Assembly (NCBI GenBank): GCA_963528045.1
Contig: CAURUA010000002.1
Span: 1,116-65,115, forward strand
Length of the DNA stretch: 64,000 bases
From: an uncultured Campylobacter sp.
GTDB taxonomy: Bacteria > Campylobacterota > Campylobacteria > Campylobacterales > Campylobacteraceae
Direction of reading: 5' to 3'
Shown here: piece after piece, positions 31,860-42,205 of the stretch
Position numbering within the stretch: the stretch's first letter is position 1
How the letters are laid out: each line of letters begins with the position of its first letter
Translations under genes and position numbers: made by a program
Notes under the pieces: generated by a model
The model's input: only the letters and a program-made list of their open reading frames with translations
Databases searched by the model: none
Told to the model about the DNA's origin: nothing

Positions 31860-32720
31860 ATGATTAGGGCGAAAAAAGAGTTCGGGCAAAATTTTTTAAA
31901 AGACGAAGCCGTCTTAAGCAAGATCATCCAAGCGATTCCCGAGAATGTACAGAATGTCGTTGAGATCGGGGCTGGCTTAGGTGATTTAACTCATAAACTT
32001 TTGGAATTTTACAGATTAAAAAGTTTCGAGATAGATGAAGATTTATATCAAATTTTAAGTGCTAAATTTGCGCAGCAGATCGCTAGCGGCGAGCTTGAGC
32101 TCGTTTTGGGCGATGCTTTGCGGATTTGGCAGGAGCGGGGTCTTGAGCGCGGCGAATATTTTTTGGTCGCAAATTTGCCCTACTACGTCGCTACAAAGAT
32201 GATTTTGCAGGCGATCGACGATGAGCTATGCGGCGGATTTTTGGTGATGATCCAAAAGGAGGTCGCTTTAAAATTCTGCGCTAGAGCAGGGCAGAGCGAT
32301 TTTAGCGCCCTTTCGATTCTGGCCGATTTTGCGGGCGGCTGCGAGCTTTTGTTTGACGTTGAGCCCGGCTGCTTCGAGCCCGCGCCGAAGGTGACCTCAT
32401 CGGTGATTAGGCTCGTAAAAGGCAAAAATTTCAAGCCCAGCCTCGAGATAAACGCAGATGATCTTAGCGTAAAAAGTTGCGTCCGCTTCCAAAATCTCGA
32501 TGAATACGAGAAATTTAAAAGCTTTTTGCGCGTATCTTTCAGTGCGCCGCGAAAGACGCTTATTAAAAATTTAAGCGCAAAATTTGATAGAGGCTTAGCC
32601 GAAGAGATCTTTTTAAATTTGAAAATTCCGCCCACGGTTCGGGCGCACGAGTTAAATTCCACCCTTTTTTTAGAAATTTTTAAAAATTTGAAGGTAAAAG
32701 ATGGAAGAAAACAGAAATGA
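31860..32720 (+). CDS. rsmA: 16S rRNA m6,2A dimethyltransferase
   Basis: KKEFGQNFL, VEIGAGLG, VANLPYY, MIQKEVA. Confidence 0.95.
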   Translation: MIRAKKEFGQNFLKDEAVLSKIIQAIPENVQNVVEIGAGLGDLTHKLLEFYRLKSFEIDEDLYQILSAKFAQQIASGELELVLGDALRIWQERGLERGEYFLVANLPYYVATKMILQAIDDELCGGFLVMIQKEVALKFCARAGQSDFSALSILADFAGGCELLFDVEPGCFEPAPKVTSSVIRLVKGKNFKPSLEINADDLSVKSCVRFQNLDEYEKFKSFLRVSFSAPRKTLIKNLSAKFDRGLAEEIFLNLKIPPTVRAHELNSTLFLEIFKNLKVKDGRKQK

Positions 32721-34926
32721 AAACGGCGTCGAACGACTCAAAAAAAGCAATCGCTATAAAAAACGCAAGGAAAATCTAAAAAAATCTATCGCAAGCGAAG
32801 GCTCTGCGGGCGGTGCAGAATTCGGCGGCGAGCATGAAAACGGCTCTCGCAAAAACAAAGGCGCGAAAAACGAGCAAAATTCCGCTCGTTCAAAGGGTTC
32901 AAAAAATGGCTCTCGCAACGGATCAAATTCTGCGGGCGGTTCGTCCCGCGGCGACACGGACGGTGCGAATGGTGCGCATTTCGGCGGCGCATATCCAAAA
33001 AACAACGAAAACGGCGCGAGCGGTTCAAATTTAAACCGCGACGGCCGCGCAAAACCAGGCGGCAATAACGCAAAGGGCGCAAATTCTAGCGCCGCAGGCG
33101 ATGCAAGCTCCTCAGACGCTCAGAAAAAGAAAAAGCATAAAAAGCGCTCAAATATGCCAAAAAGCCTTACTGGCAACGAGCCGTGGCAGAAGGCGATGGA
33201 CGATGCGATCGCGAAAAACAAGCTGATCCACGAGGAGCGCCTGCACCCGCTTAAAGACGCTAATCGCAGCGATGAGACGGTGCGTATCACGCCGCTTGGC
33301 GGACTGGGTGAGATCGGCGCGAATATGACCGTTTTTGAGACCAATACGAGCGCGATCATCGTCGATGTGGGCATGAGCTTTCCGGAGGAGAGTATGCTTG
33401 GCGTGGATATTTTGATCCCTGATTTTGATTACATCCGCAAGATAAAAAATAAGATCAAAGGCATCCTCATCACCCACGCGCACGAGGATCATATCGGCGC
33501 GATGCCATATTTTTTCAAAGAATTTCAATTCCCGATCTACGCTACGCCGCTTCCTTTGGGGATGATAAGCAATAAATTTGAAGAGCACGGCCTAAAAGCC
33601 GAACGCAGCTACTTCCGCCCCGTGCAGAAGCGCCAGCTCTATCAGATCGGCGATTTTGAGGTCGAGTTTATCCACATAACGCACTCAATCATCGACGCAA
33701 GTGCGCTTGCGATCACGACGAAGGCGGGCACGATCATCCACACGGGCGATTTTAAGATCGATCACACGCCGATCGACGGCTATCCGACTGATCTGAACCG
33801 CCTAGCTTATTACGGCGATCGCGGAGTTATGCTTTTGATGAGCGATAGCACAAATTCGCACAAAGAGGGGATCACAAAGTCCGAAAGCTCGGTAGGGAAG
33901 ACCTTTGATACAATATTTTCAAGCTGCAAGGGGCGCGTGATAATGAGCACCTTCAGCTCAAACATCCACCGCGTCTATCAGGCTATTGAGCGCGGCGTAA
34001 AATACGGCCGCAAGGTTTGCGTCATCGGACGAAGCATGGAGCGAAATTTATTTACCGCGATGGAGCTTGGATATGTAAATTTAGACAAAAAAATCTTCGT
34101 CGATGCCGATCAGGTCTCCAAATATCCCGATAATGAGGTTTTAATCGTTACTACCGGCTCGCAAGGCGAGACGATGAGCGCGCTGTATCGCATGGCGACG
34201 GATGAGCACAAATACATTAAAATCAAATCCACCGACCAAGTAATCATCAGCGCCAAAGCGATCCCCGGCAACGAAAGCAGCGTCTCGACCGTGCTTAACT
34301 ACCTGCTAAAAAGCGGCGCGAAGGTCGCGTATCAGGACTTCAGCGAGATACACGTAAGCGGGCACGCCTCGATCGAGGAGCAAAAACTCATGCTGCGCCT
34401 GATAAAGCCGAAATTTTTCCTACCCGTGCACGGCGAATACAACCACATCGTAAAGCACAAAGAGACCGCGATGGAGTGCGGTATCGAGGAGAAAAATATC
34501 TATCTGATGAACGATGGCGATCAGATGGAGGTCTGCGAAAAATATCTAAAGCGCGTCAAGACCGTCAAGACGGGCAAGGTATTCATCGACAATCAGATCA
34601 ACAAGCAGATATCCGACGAGATCGTCAAGCACCGTCAAAATTTAGCCGATGCGGGCGTCGCGGTCATCATCGCGCAGATAGACAAAAACGAAAAGAGGCT
34701 CATCCAGACGCGCGTCATTACCTACGGGCTCGTCGCCGATAATCAAACGGCGCACTTTACCAAGGAGATGCAGGGCATCATCGAGCAGTTTTTGGCAAAT
34801 TTAAAAGATGAAATTTTGCTCGATCACTGGGCGCTAGAGGGCAAGATTCGCCAGGCCGTGCGAAAGCATATTTTTAGAAAGATCAAAAAATATCCGACCA
34901 TCGTGCCGGTGATCTATTTGATGTAG
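32701..34926 (+). CDS. rnj: Ribonuclease J with disordered N-terminal extension
   Basis: LGGLGEIGANM, THAHEDHIG, HTGDFK, HVSGH, PVHGE. Confidence 0.95.
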   Translation: MEENRNENGVERLKKSNRYKKRKENLKKSIASEGSAGGAEFGGEHENGSRKNKGAKNEQNSARSKGSKNGSRNGSNSAGGSSRGDTDGANGAHFGGAYPKNNENGASGSNLNRDGRAKPGGNNAKGANSSAAGDASSSDAQKKKKHKKRSNMPKSLTGNEPWQKAMDDAIAKNKLIHEERLHPLKDANRSDETVRITPLGGLGEIGANMTVFETNTSAIIVDVGMSFPEESMLGVDILIPDFDYIRKIKNKIKGILITHAHEDHIGAMPYFFKEFQFPIYATPLPLGMISNKFEEHGLKAERSYFRPVQKRQLYQIGDFEVEFIHITHSIIDASALAITTKAGTIIHTGDFKIDHTPIDGYPTDLNRLAYYGDRGVMLLMSDSTNSHKEGITKSESSVGKTFDTIFSSCKGRVIMSTFSSNIHRVYQAIERGVKYGRKVCVIGRSMERNLFTAMELGYVNLDKKIFVDADQVSKYPDNEVLIVTTGSQGETMSALYRMATDEHKYIKIKSTDQVIISAKAIPGNESSVSTVLNYLLKSGAKVAYQDFSEIHVSGHASIEEQKLMLRLIKPKFFLPVHGEYNHIVKHKETAMECGIEEKNIYLMNDGDQMEVCEKYLKRVKTVKTGKVFIDNQINKQISDEIVKHRQNLADAGVAVIIAQIDKNEKRLIQTRVITYGLVADNQTAHFTKEMQGIIEQFLANLKDEILLDHWALEGKIRQAVRKHIFRKIKKYPTIVPVIYLM

Positions 34927-35226
34927 GCGCGGCTAAATTTAGCGAGCAGGGCGGATTTGATCTGCGGCGGGCGAATGAAATTTTATGGCGCGGGCGAGTT
35001 TTGCGACGCTGAATTTAAAGCGGCTAGTAAAATTTAAGCGCAATTTTGGCGTAAAGCGAAATTTAAATAGCATCTAGTAAGTCCGCGGCGAGTGGGCAAG
35101 CGGCGCGCGATTTTGTAGATTAGAATTTTATGGCGAAAATTCCAAAGGCATGAAATTTCGGCTAGCGCAAATTTAGGCGCGGCGCAAAGAGGCGTAAATG
35201 AAAGTAAATTTTAAAAAGAAGGTTGA

Positions 35227-36189
35227 ATGAGTGAAATTTTAGATACGGCACGAGAGGTGCTGAGGCTCGAAGGAGCGGAGCTTTTGCGGCATGCGGATCT
35301 TATCAGTACAGAGATTGAGCGAGCCGTAAACTTGATCCTTGCTTGCAAGGGCAAGGTAATCGTCACCGGCGTGGGCAAGAGCGGCCACATAGGCGTTAAG
35401 ATCGCCGCGACGCTTGCCAGCACCGGCACGCCGTCGTTTTTCGTCCATCCTACCGAGGCGCTGCACGGCGATCTGGGCATGATCGGCAAGGACGACATGG
35501 TGCTTGCGATCAGTTTTAGCGGCGAGAGCGAGGAGCTGGTTAGAATTTTACCTCATCTCAAACGCTTCGGCGTAAAGATCATCGCGATGGCGCGCGATAA
35601 AAACAGCTCGCTCGGTAAGGTTAGCGATGAGTTCATAAGTCTAAATATCGTCAAAGAGGCCTGCCCGCTAGGTGCGGCGCCGACGGTTTCTACGACACTA
35701 ACACTTGCGTTAGGAGATGCGTTGGCGATCTGTTTGATGAGGCAGCGCAGATTCGGCAAGGAGGATTTCGCAAATTTTCATCCCGGCGGCAGCCTCGGCA
35801 AGCGGCTTTTCGTCAAAGTAAAAGATGTGATGCAAAGTAAAAATTTGCCAGTCGCAAGCCGTAACGCCAGCTTAAAACAAGCTATCGACGTTATGACGCA
35901 TGGAAAGCTTGGCACTGTTTTGTTAGTGGACGAAAAAGGCGCGCTCGAGGCGATCTTAAGCGACGGTGATCTGCGCCGAGCGCTGATGCGAGATGATTTT
36001 GACATCAATGATGGCGCGCTAAAATATGCCACCAAAAATCCTAAAATGCTAGACGATAAAAATATGCTCGCAATAGATGCGCTAAATTTGATCGAGCAAT
36101 TTAAAATTCAAGTCCTGCCCGTGGTCGAAAATGGCGTGCCCGTGGGGATCTTGCATATCCACGATCTAACGAGCTTGGGACTAAAATAA
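35227..36189 (+). CDS. kdsD: Arabinose-5-phosphate isomerase (KpsF/GutQ, SIS + CBS)
   Basis: GVGKSGHIG, HPTEALHGDLG, FHPGGSLG, CBS pair. Confidence 0.92.
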   Translation: MSEILDTAREVLRLEGAELLRHADLISTEIERAVNLILACKGKVIVTGVGKSGHIGVKIAATLASTGTPSFFVHPTEALHGDLGMIGKDDMVLAISFSGESEELVRILPHLKRFGVKIIAMARDKNSSLGKVSDEFISLNIVKEACPLGAAPTVSTTLTLALGDALAICLMRQRRFGKEDFANFHPGGSLGKRLFVKVKDVMQSKNLPVASRNASLKQAIDVMTHGKLGTVLLVDEKGALEAILSDGDLRRALMRDDFDINDGALKYATKNPKMLDDKNMLAIDALNLIEQFKIQVLPVVENGVPVGILHIHDLTSLGLK

Positions 36190-36959
36190 TGCAAAAGATG
36201 CGTCTGAATAAATTTATCTCCCATAACACCGGCTACTCACGCCGTGAGGCTGACGAGCTGATCAAGCAGGGTAAGGTTAGCATTAACGGTCGCATCGTTA
36301 GCGATTTTATAGAGGTTAGCGGCGAGGAGAAGATCCGCATCGGCTCGCGCCTCATTAAGCCCAAGACGGAATTTACGATGATCGTTTATAACAAACGCAA
36401 AGGCGAGTTAGTTACTAAAAAGGACGATCGCGGCAGGCGGACGATTTACGATAGCTTGCCTGAGGGCTTTAGTAGATTTGTTAGCGTAGGGCGTTTGGAT
36501 TTTGCAAGCGAGGGGCTTTTGCTACTAACCGATGCACCCGCAATCGCTACGGCGCTGATGAACAGCGACATCGAGCGAGAGTACTATCTAAAGGTAAAAG
36601 GCGAGGTGAAGGAGGAGGTAGTAACGGCGATCCGTGAGGGCTTTTTTGCCGCAGATGCGAGCAAGGGCGCGCACGCTAAAAGCAAGATCAAATCGATGGA
36701 ATTTAAGCCCTTTTTGGGCTACCGCATAATGCCTAGCAGCGGCGGTTATACGAAGATCAAGGCGATCATTAATGAGGGGCAAAACCGCGAGCTGCGTAGA
36801 TTTTTCGGCTATTTCGATCTGGATGTCGTGGAGCTTAAGCGCACGGCATTCGGCAGAATGACGCTTGGAACGCTAAAGCCCGGCAAATGGCGCTATTTCG
36901 ATCAGAACGAATACGAAGATCTGCGCGATTTTTTGAAAGAAAACAAAATCCGCTATTAA
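36189..36959 (+). CDS. RsuA/RluB-family pseudouridine synthase
   Basis: S4 domain RLNKFIS...SRREAD, VGRLDFASEGLLLLTD, EGQNRELRR. Confidence 0.92.
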   Translation: MQKMRLNKFISHNTGYSRREADELIKQGKVSINGRIVSDFIEVSGEEKIRIGSRLIKPKTEFTMIVYNKRKGELVTKKDDRGRRTIYDSLPEGFSRFVSVGRLDFASEGLLLLTDAPAIATALMNSDIEREYYLKVKGEVKEEVVTAIREGFFAADASKGAHAKSKIKSMEFKPFLGYRIMPSSGGYTKIKAIINEGQNRELRRFFGYFDLDVVELKRTAFGRMTLGTLKPGKWRYFDQNEYEDLRDFLKENKIRY

Positions 36960-36978
36960 ATTTAAGAAAAGAGGCGAA

Positions 36979-37452
36979 ATGAGCTCAAAAACAAACGCCG
37001 CGCGCGTACTGGACGGTCTGAAAATCCACTACGAGATCAAAGAATACGCGGTTGATCCTTTAAATTTAGACGCGGTGCACGTGGCAAACAGCGTGAGCGA
37101 GCCGATCGAGCGGGTCTATAAAACGATAGTTTGTACGGCGGATCATGAATATGTCGTAGCCTGCCTGCAAGGCGATCTAAATCTAGATCTCAAGGCGCTC
37201 GCGCACATCTGCGGCGCGAAACGTTGCGAGCTGATGGATTTGAAGGATTTGCAAAAGGTAACGGGCTATGTCAGGGGCGGCTGCTCACCGCTTGGGATGA
37301 AAAAGCACTTCCGCACCTTCATCGACGAGCGAGCGCTAACGCAGGAGAAAATTTACGTTAGCGCGGGCGTACGCGGAAAACAGATCGCTCTTGCGCCGAA
37401 GGACCTCGCAACTGCGACCGAGGCGCAAATTTGCAAAATAACGCATGACTAA
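36979..37452 (+). CDS. ybaK: Cys-tRNA(Pro) deacylase
   Basis: KTNAARVL, YKTIV, TGYVRGGCSPLGMKK, SAGVRG. Confidence 0.92.
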   Translation: MSSKTNAARVLDGLKIHYEIKEYAVDPLNLDAVHVANSVSEPIERVYKTIVCTADHEYVVACLQGDLNLDLKALAHICGAKRCELMDLKDLQKVTGYVRGGCSPLGMKKHFRTFIDERALTQEKIYVSAGVRGKQIALAPKDLATATEAQICKITHD

Positions 37453-37803
37453 CGTGGCGTTACTTTTGTCGCCACTTGCGTAAGTAACGCTGGTAGCGAG
37501 CTAGCTAAAATTTACACTGCGAGATTTAGACTTTTAAAATTTGGCGTTGCGCCGCTTGTTAAAACAATGTCCTGTACGGCAAGAAAATACAAATCAAATT
37601 AATTTCGTAAAATTTTATTGTTAAAATTCTAAGTACCGTGCGCCGAAAAATATCTCAAACGAGATGACGAGCACGCGGGGGGGCAAAGCAAGTCTATTTT
37701 AAGGACATGCTCTTTGTGCGCGATCTGTTTTGCTTGCTATAAATTTAGCCTTTCGGCGCTCGGCATTTTTGCGATGAAATTTTAAAATTTCATCGCGAAT
37801 TTT

Positions 37804-38379
37804 CTACGCCTCGCGCCTATTTTTGAAAAGCTCAGAGACGTTCGGAGCTTGCTTTTCTTGCTCGCTAGCGGCGAAAAATTCCGCTTTGACGAAGTTAAAA
37901 ACGTTAGCGATTATGTTAGTAGGAAACATCTCGCAAGCGTTATTATAGACCGTAACGGCGCCGTTATAAGCGCGGCGTGCGGCGCTAATCTGCTCTTCGC
38001 ACTCGCCTAACGCGTTTTGTAGCTTGGCAAACGATTCGTTAGCCTTGAGGTTTGGATACGCCTCTACTGCAACGCGTATCTGTCCCAAAAGAGCCGAAAT
38101 TTCGCTATTCAGTCTAAATTTATCGGCGTTAGAGCTTGCGCTGATCGCTTGTGAGCGAAGCTCGCTAACGCGCGTTAGCACGGAGTTCTCGTGGCTCATA
38201 TATTCTCGCGTGGCGCTAACTAGATTGGGGATTAGGTCGTAGCGTTTTTTAAGCTGTGTATCGACTGTGGAAGCGATATTTCGCACCTGGTTGCGCTTGG
38301 CGATGAACGAGTTATAAACACCCACTAACGCCAAAACTAACAAAACTATGACGACTAATAAAATCAAAGCCGCATTCAT
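37804..38379 (-). CDS. lemA: LemA family protein
   Basis: N-terminal TM, QLKKRYDLIPNLV, EAYPNLKANE, ARRAYN, FPTNIIA. Confidence 0.93.
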   Translation of the reverse strand: MNAALILLVVIVLLVLALVGVYNSFIAKRNQVRNIASTVDTQLKKRYDLIPNLVSATREYMSHENSVLTRVSELRSQAISASSNADKFRLNSEISALLGQIRVAVEAYPNLKANESFAKLQNALGECEEQISAARRAYNGAVTVYNNACEMFPTNIIANVFNFVKAEFFAASEQEKQAPNVSELFKNRREA

Positions 38380-38449
38380 TTTCTCTCCTTTTAAAGTATT
38401 TCAATTAAAAATAAGAATATTTAGCTATACTTGCCATTTCTTTTCGCGT

Positions 38450-38526
38450 GTCAAGGTAGCTCAGCTGGTTAGAGCGCTGGTCTCATAAGCCGGAGGTCGA
38501 GAGTTCAAGTCTCTCTCTTGACACCA
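38450..38526 (+). tRNA. tRNA with CAT anticodon (probably elongator Met; Ile2 not excluded)
   Basis: GTCAAGG...TCTTGAC acceptor stem, D-arm AGCTCAGCTGGTTAGAGC, anticodon loop CTCATAA, TTCAA T-loop, CCA end. Confidence 0.93.
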
Positions 38527-38795
38527 TCTTCAAATTACCTTTAAGAGCGCAACGGCGCCTCAAAAAAGTTCGAGATTATATCTTACTTATACTTGAAAAA
38601 TAATGAAAATTAGCAAAAGTATAAAATCATATAAAATTTATCCTATTGGTGCGCCTTTCATGCAACCTAAATTCAAATGCTAGCCGAGATAAAATTCGCT
38701 CTTAATTGCCGGCAATTAGGTGAGCATCTTGGCTAGTCTAAAACACAAAAGCTCATTTTATAGTATAATTTTCTCAAAAATACAAAAGGTCATTC

Positions 38796-39608
38796 ATGCT
38801 TAAATATTTAGAGCTAGGCGTTTGCGGCACGGATTTAAAGCCCTCGCATCCTTTTATTGGCTCGGCGATCAGGGGCGCTTTTGGATACGCTCTTAGAAAG
38901 GCGAGTTGTCCTTTCGTAAGTGCAAGCTGCGAGAAATGCGACATCTTCGGCGAATGCGTGTATAATGAATTTTTTGAAAATGTATCCGATACGCCAAATT
39001 TCAGGCTAGATATCGATCTTAATCAAAAGAGCTTTGATTTTAAAATTTTACTTTTCGAACATGCCGTGCGCTACCTGCCTCACGTCGCTATCGCTATTGC
39101 AAATATGCAAGAAATCGGGCTTGAGGTAAGTAGACGCAAGTTTAAATTTTCAAATTTTACTCTAAACGGCGAAATCGTAGAGCCTAAATTTCTACTTTCA
39201 AATGAGCCTGAGCTGCTAAATTTCACGCCCGATTTTGCTGCGGGCGATTATGAAATTTCGCTTCCTACCCCGCTTCGTATGAAGCAAAAAAACGTCCTCG
39301 TCCGTCGCGAGATCGACTTTAAGTCCTTTATTCGCCAAATCGCTATGAGATTTGAGAACATAACGGGCGATGCTATAGATAAATTCGAGGTAAAATTCCG
39401 CCGCTTCGAGCAGGATTTGCACTTTTACGACATCAATCGCTACTCAAACCGCCAGCACACTAAAATGCAATTTGGCGGCGTGATCGGACAGATGCGAGTT
39501 TTTGGGCTTGATGAGCGCTCGGTAAAGCTTTTGCAACTCGCTCAAATTACCGGAGTCGGCAAAAGCACGATTTTCGGACTAGGCAAGATAGGGGTGGCGC
39601 GGATTTAA
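38796..39608 (+). CDS. cas6: CRISPR-associated endoribonuclease Cas6
   Basis: GSAIRGAFG, Cys cluster CP-x4-CEKC-x5-C, C-terminal Gly-rich loop GVGKSTIFGLG; next to cas1. Confidence 0.9.
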   Translation: MLKYLELGVCGTDLKPSHPFIGSAIRGAFGYALRKASCPFVSASCEKCDIFGECVYNEFFENVSDTPNFRLDIDLNQKSFDFKILLFEHAVRYLPHVAIAIANMQEIGLEVSRRKFKFSNFTLNGEIVEPKFLLSNEPELLNFTPDFAAGDYEISLPTPLRMKQKNVLVRREIDFKSFIRQIAMRFENITGDAIDKFEVKFRRFEQDLHFYDINRYSNRQHTKMQFGGVIGQMRVFGLDERSVKLLQLAQITGVGKSTIFGLGKIGVARI

Positions 39609-39740
39609 ATTTCGCCGTGGATTGCGATGTGGAATTTAAATTGCACCGCGAGTCGCGGAGCGGATAAATTTGCCGTAGATTACGGTATCGGCGCATTTTA
39701 CGCGATATCTACTAGCTAAATGCAATGACGGGGAGGCGTT

Positions 39741-41936
39741 ATGTTTGATCTAAGTTTAGAGGATATTTTTACCGCAGGCGCCTTTGAATATGCCTTAAAA
39801 AGGCTAAAGCGCACGGCTTTGGGGCTTGATGGACTTAGCGCTGAGGATATTTGCTCGGGCGAATTTTATGCCGAGCTAAAGAGCGAAATTTTTAGCCTTT
39901 CTTATTCGCCCCAGCCCCTTAAGCGAGCATTTGTTCCTAAAGAAAACAAAGACGAGCTTCGCAAGCTAGCCATCCCCTCGCTAAAAGATAAATTTGCGCA
40001 AAATATCCTCACTCGCGAGCTTTCAGGCTATTTTGATAAAAACTTTTCAAACCGCTCTTATGCTTATCGAAACGGTAAATCCTATGCTAACGCTATCTTT
40101 CGCGCTCGTGATTTTTTTAAAATTTACGACTTCGCCGTCAAAACCGACATCAAAGATTTCTTTGAAAATATCGATCACAAAAAATTGCTTGAAATTTTAT
40201 GCGCAAATATCCGTGACGCTCGCATCATTAGGCTCATCGAGCTTTGGATCAAAAACGGAATTTTTGAGCGCTTTGATTACCGCGCTCATGCAAAAGGCGT
40301 TCATCAAGGAGACGTCCTAAGCCCGCTACTTTCGAATATTTATCTAAATCAGATGGATAAATTTTTAGAAAACTCGGGCGTAGAGTTCGTCCGATACGCC
40401 GATGATTTCGTTATGTTTTTTGCCTCGCAGAAAGCCGCCGAAATGGAGCTTGCGCGCCTAAAAGATTTTCTAAAAACGATAAGCCTATCGTTAAATGAAG
40501 CCAAAACCTCCATCTGCGGCAAAGATAGCGAATTTGTCTTTTTGGGCGTAAGCTTTAAGGGTGCAAATTTAAGCATCGGCGAGGAAAAATTTAAGCGCAT
40601 TCTAGCCAAACTCGCAAGCTCGGCGAAAAAGCAGGCGATAAGCCAAAGCTTAGAAAATTTAAACACCTATGTGTATCATCTAAAAGCCATTTCGCTTAAG
40701 CTTTTTTCGCCTTCGCAAAAAGATAGGTTTTGCTTGCATTTTGGCGAGGTCGTAACGAGCCTAATACGTAGATTTCTAAAAACTGCAGACAAGCGGACGC
40801 TAGCAGAAGCCTTAATCAACCTAAACTTCCCCTACGAGCTAGGCAAAACGGCTAGAAAGGCTAAAATTCTAACCTACTTCAAAAACGCCAAGCGTCCTGC
40901 CGTCAAATCCGTCCAAAACGCCCTTGAGGCCAAAAAGCGCGAATACCTAAAAACCTTCTCGCAAAACTCGATTATCCACATCACGACGCCGTTTTATTTC
41001 CTCGCTCTGTCGCAAGGGAAATTCGTCTTAAAAAGCAAAGGCGCTATCAAGCACAAATTCCCCATAAATCAAATCAGCCAGATCATCATCAACGCTCAAA
41101 TTTCGCTTAGCTCCGCCGTCATCAAAGAGTGCGCCAAAAAGAAAATTTCCATAAATTTTATCGACGAAAAGACAAATCTCAGCTACGCCACGCTCATTAG
41201 CGCAAATTCTGCCATACCCAAAACCGCCGCTTCGCAAATTTCGCTGCTAACGACCAAAAAATCACTCCGCATCGCCCAACAGTTCATCATCGGCAAGCTA
41301 AAAAATCAGATCAACTATCTAAAATATCTAGGCAAATACCATAAAAATATAGACGCCGAAATTAAAGCGATGCAAGAAATTTTAAAGCTCCGCGTCCCAG
41401 ACGCCGCAAGCGTAAGCGAGCTTCTGGGCTTTGAAGGAAGCGCCGCAAACTCCTACTGGCAGGCTATCGCAAAGGCGATCGACTACGAGTTTGGCTTTAG
41501 TGCGCGAGTGACGCAGGGCGCTACCGACGTCGTAAATTCCGCCCTAAACTACGGCTATGCGATCCTTTATTCAAAAATTTTAAAATCCATTACCGCCGCA
41601 GGTCTGTCGCCGCATGTATCCTATCTGCACGCGCTTGATGAGCAAAAGCCCACTCTCGCCTTCGATCTCATCGAGGAATTTCGAGCCTTCATCGTCGATC
41701 GCGCCGTAATCTCGATGGTCAATAAAAACGAGCCCTTTGAAATAAAAGATGGGCTCCTATCTGTCGCAACCAGGCAAAATATCGCTAAAAACGTAAATGA
41801 AAAGCTCTTCGCTTGCACGCAGTACAGAGGCGAACAGCTAAAAGCGCAGGATATCATAGATAGGCAAGCCTACGCCCTAAAACGCGCCGTAACCCAAAAC
41901 GAAAAATATAAGCCTTTCATCGGGAGATTTCAATGA
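39741..41936 (+). CDS. cas1: Reverse transcriptase-Cas1 fusion
   Basis: RT motifs LAIPSLKD, DIKDFFENIDH, GVHQGDVLSPLLSNIYL, RYADD, FVFLG. Cas1 motifs LGFEGSAANSYW, NSALNYGYAIL, YLH, LAFDLIEEFR. Confidence 0.95.
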   Translation: MFDLSLEDIFTAGAFEYALKRLKRTALGLDGLSAEDICSGEFYAELKSEIFSLSYSPQPLKRAFVPKENKDELRKLAIPSLKDKFAQNILTRELSGYFDKNFSNRSYAYRNGKSYANAIFRARDFFKIYDFAVKTDIKDFFENIDHKKLLEILCANIRDARIIRLIELWIKNGIFERFDYRAHAKGVHQGDVLSPLLSNIYLNQMDKFLENSGVEFVRYADDFVMFFASQKAAEMELARLKDFLKTISLSLNEAKTSICGKDSEFVFLGVSFKGANLSIGEEKFKRILAKLASSAKKQAISQSLENLNTYVYHLKAISLKLFSPSQKDRFCLHFGEVVTSLIRRFLKTADKRTLAEALINLNFPYELGKTARKAKILTYFKNAKRPAVKSVQNALEAKKREYLKTFSQNSIIHITTPFYFLALSQGKFVLKSKGAIKHKFPINQISQIIINAQISLSSAVIKECAKKKISINFIDEKTNLSYATLISANSAIPKTAASQISLLTTKKSLRIAQQFIIGKLKNQINYLKYLGKYHKNIDAEIKAMQEILKLRVPDAASVSELLGFEGSAANSYWQAIAKAIDYEFGFSARVTQGATDVVNSALNYGYAILYSKILKSITAAGLSPHVSYLHALDEQKPTLAFDLIEEFRAFIVDRAVISMVNKNEPFEIKDGLLSVATRQNIAKNVNEKLFACTQYRGEQLKAQDIIDRQAYALKRAVTQNEKYKPFIGRFQ

Positions 41937-42205
41937 ATTTAATCATCTGCTACGACGTTTGCAAAACTAAGCGCCGCAATAAGCTTGCCGCTTTGCTGGA
42001 AAGCTACGGGCTACGAGCGAATTATTCGGTATTCGAGCTAGACATTTCCGAGCGCGAATACGTCCTCATAAAAGACCGCATCGCGCGCATAATCGAGCCT
42101 AAAACCGACAAAGTCCTATTCTACCGCATCTGCAAAACCTGTATGGCTAAGAGCGAAAGCCTAGGCGAAGGCGAGATCTTTCGTTCCCCTGGCACCTACG
42201 TCTAA
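41933..42205 (+). CDS. cas2: CRISPR-associated Cas2
   Basis: IICYDV...RRNKLAALLESYG.RANYSVFE; C-terminal CKTC. Confidence 0.95.
   Translation: MNLIICYDVCKTKRRNKLAALLESYGLRANYSVFELDISEREYVLIKDRIARIIEPKTDKVLFYRICKTCMAKSESLGEGEIFRSPGTYV

Noticed and set aside
32701..33200. Gly/Asn/Lys-rich N-terminal extension of RNase J as a novelty
   Set aside because: Disordered N-terminal extensions are already known for RNase J in Epsilonproteobacteria such as H. pylori.
39741..40600. Group II intron, retron or DGR interpretation of the RT
   Set aside because: The RT is fused in frame to Cas1 between cas6 and cas2; no intron domain V, msr/msd or template/variable repeat pair was seen.
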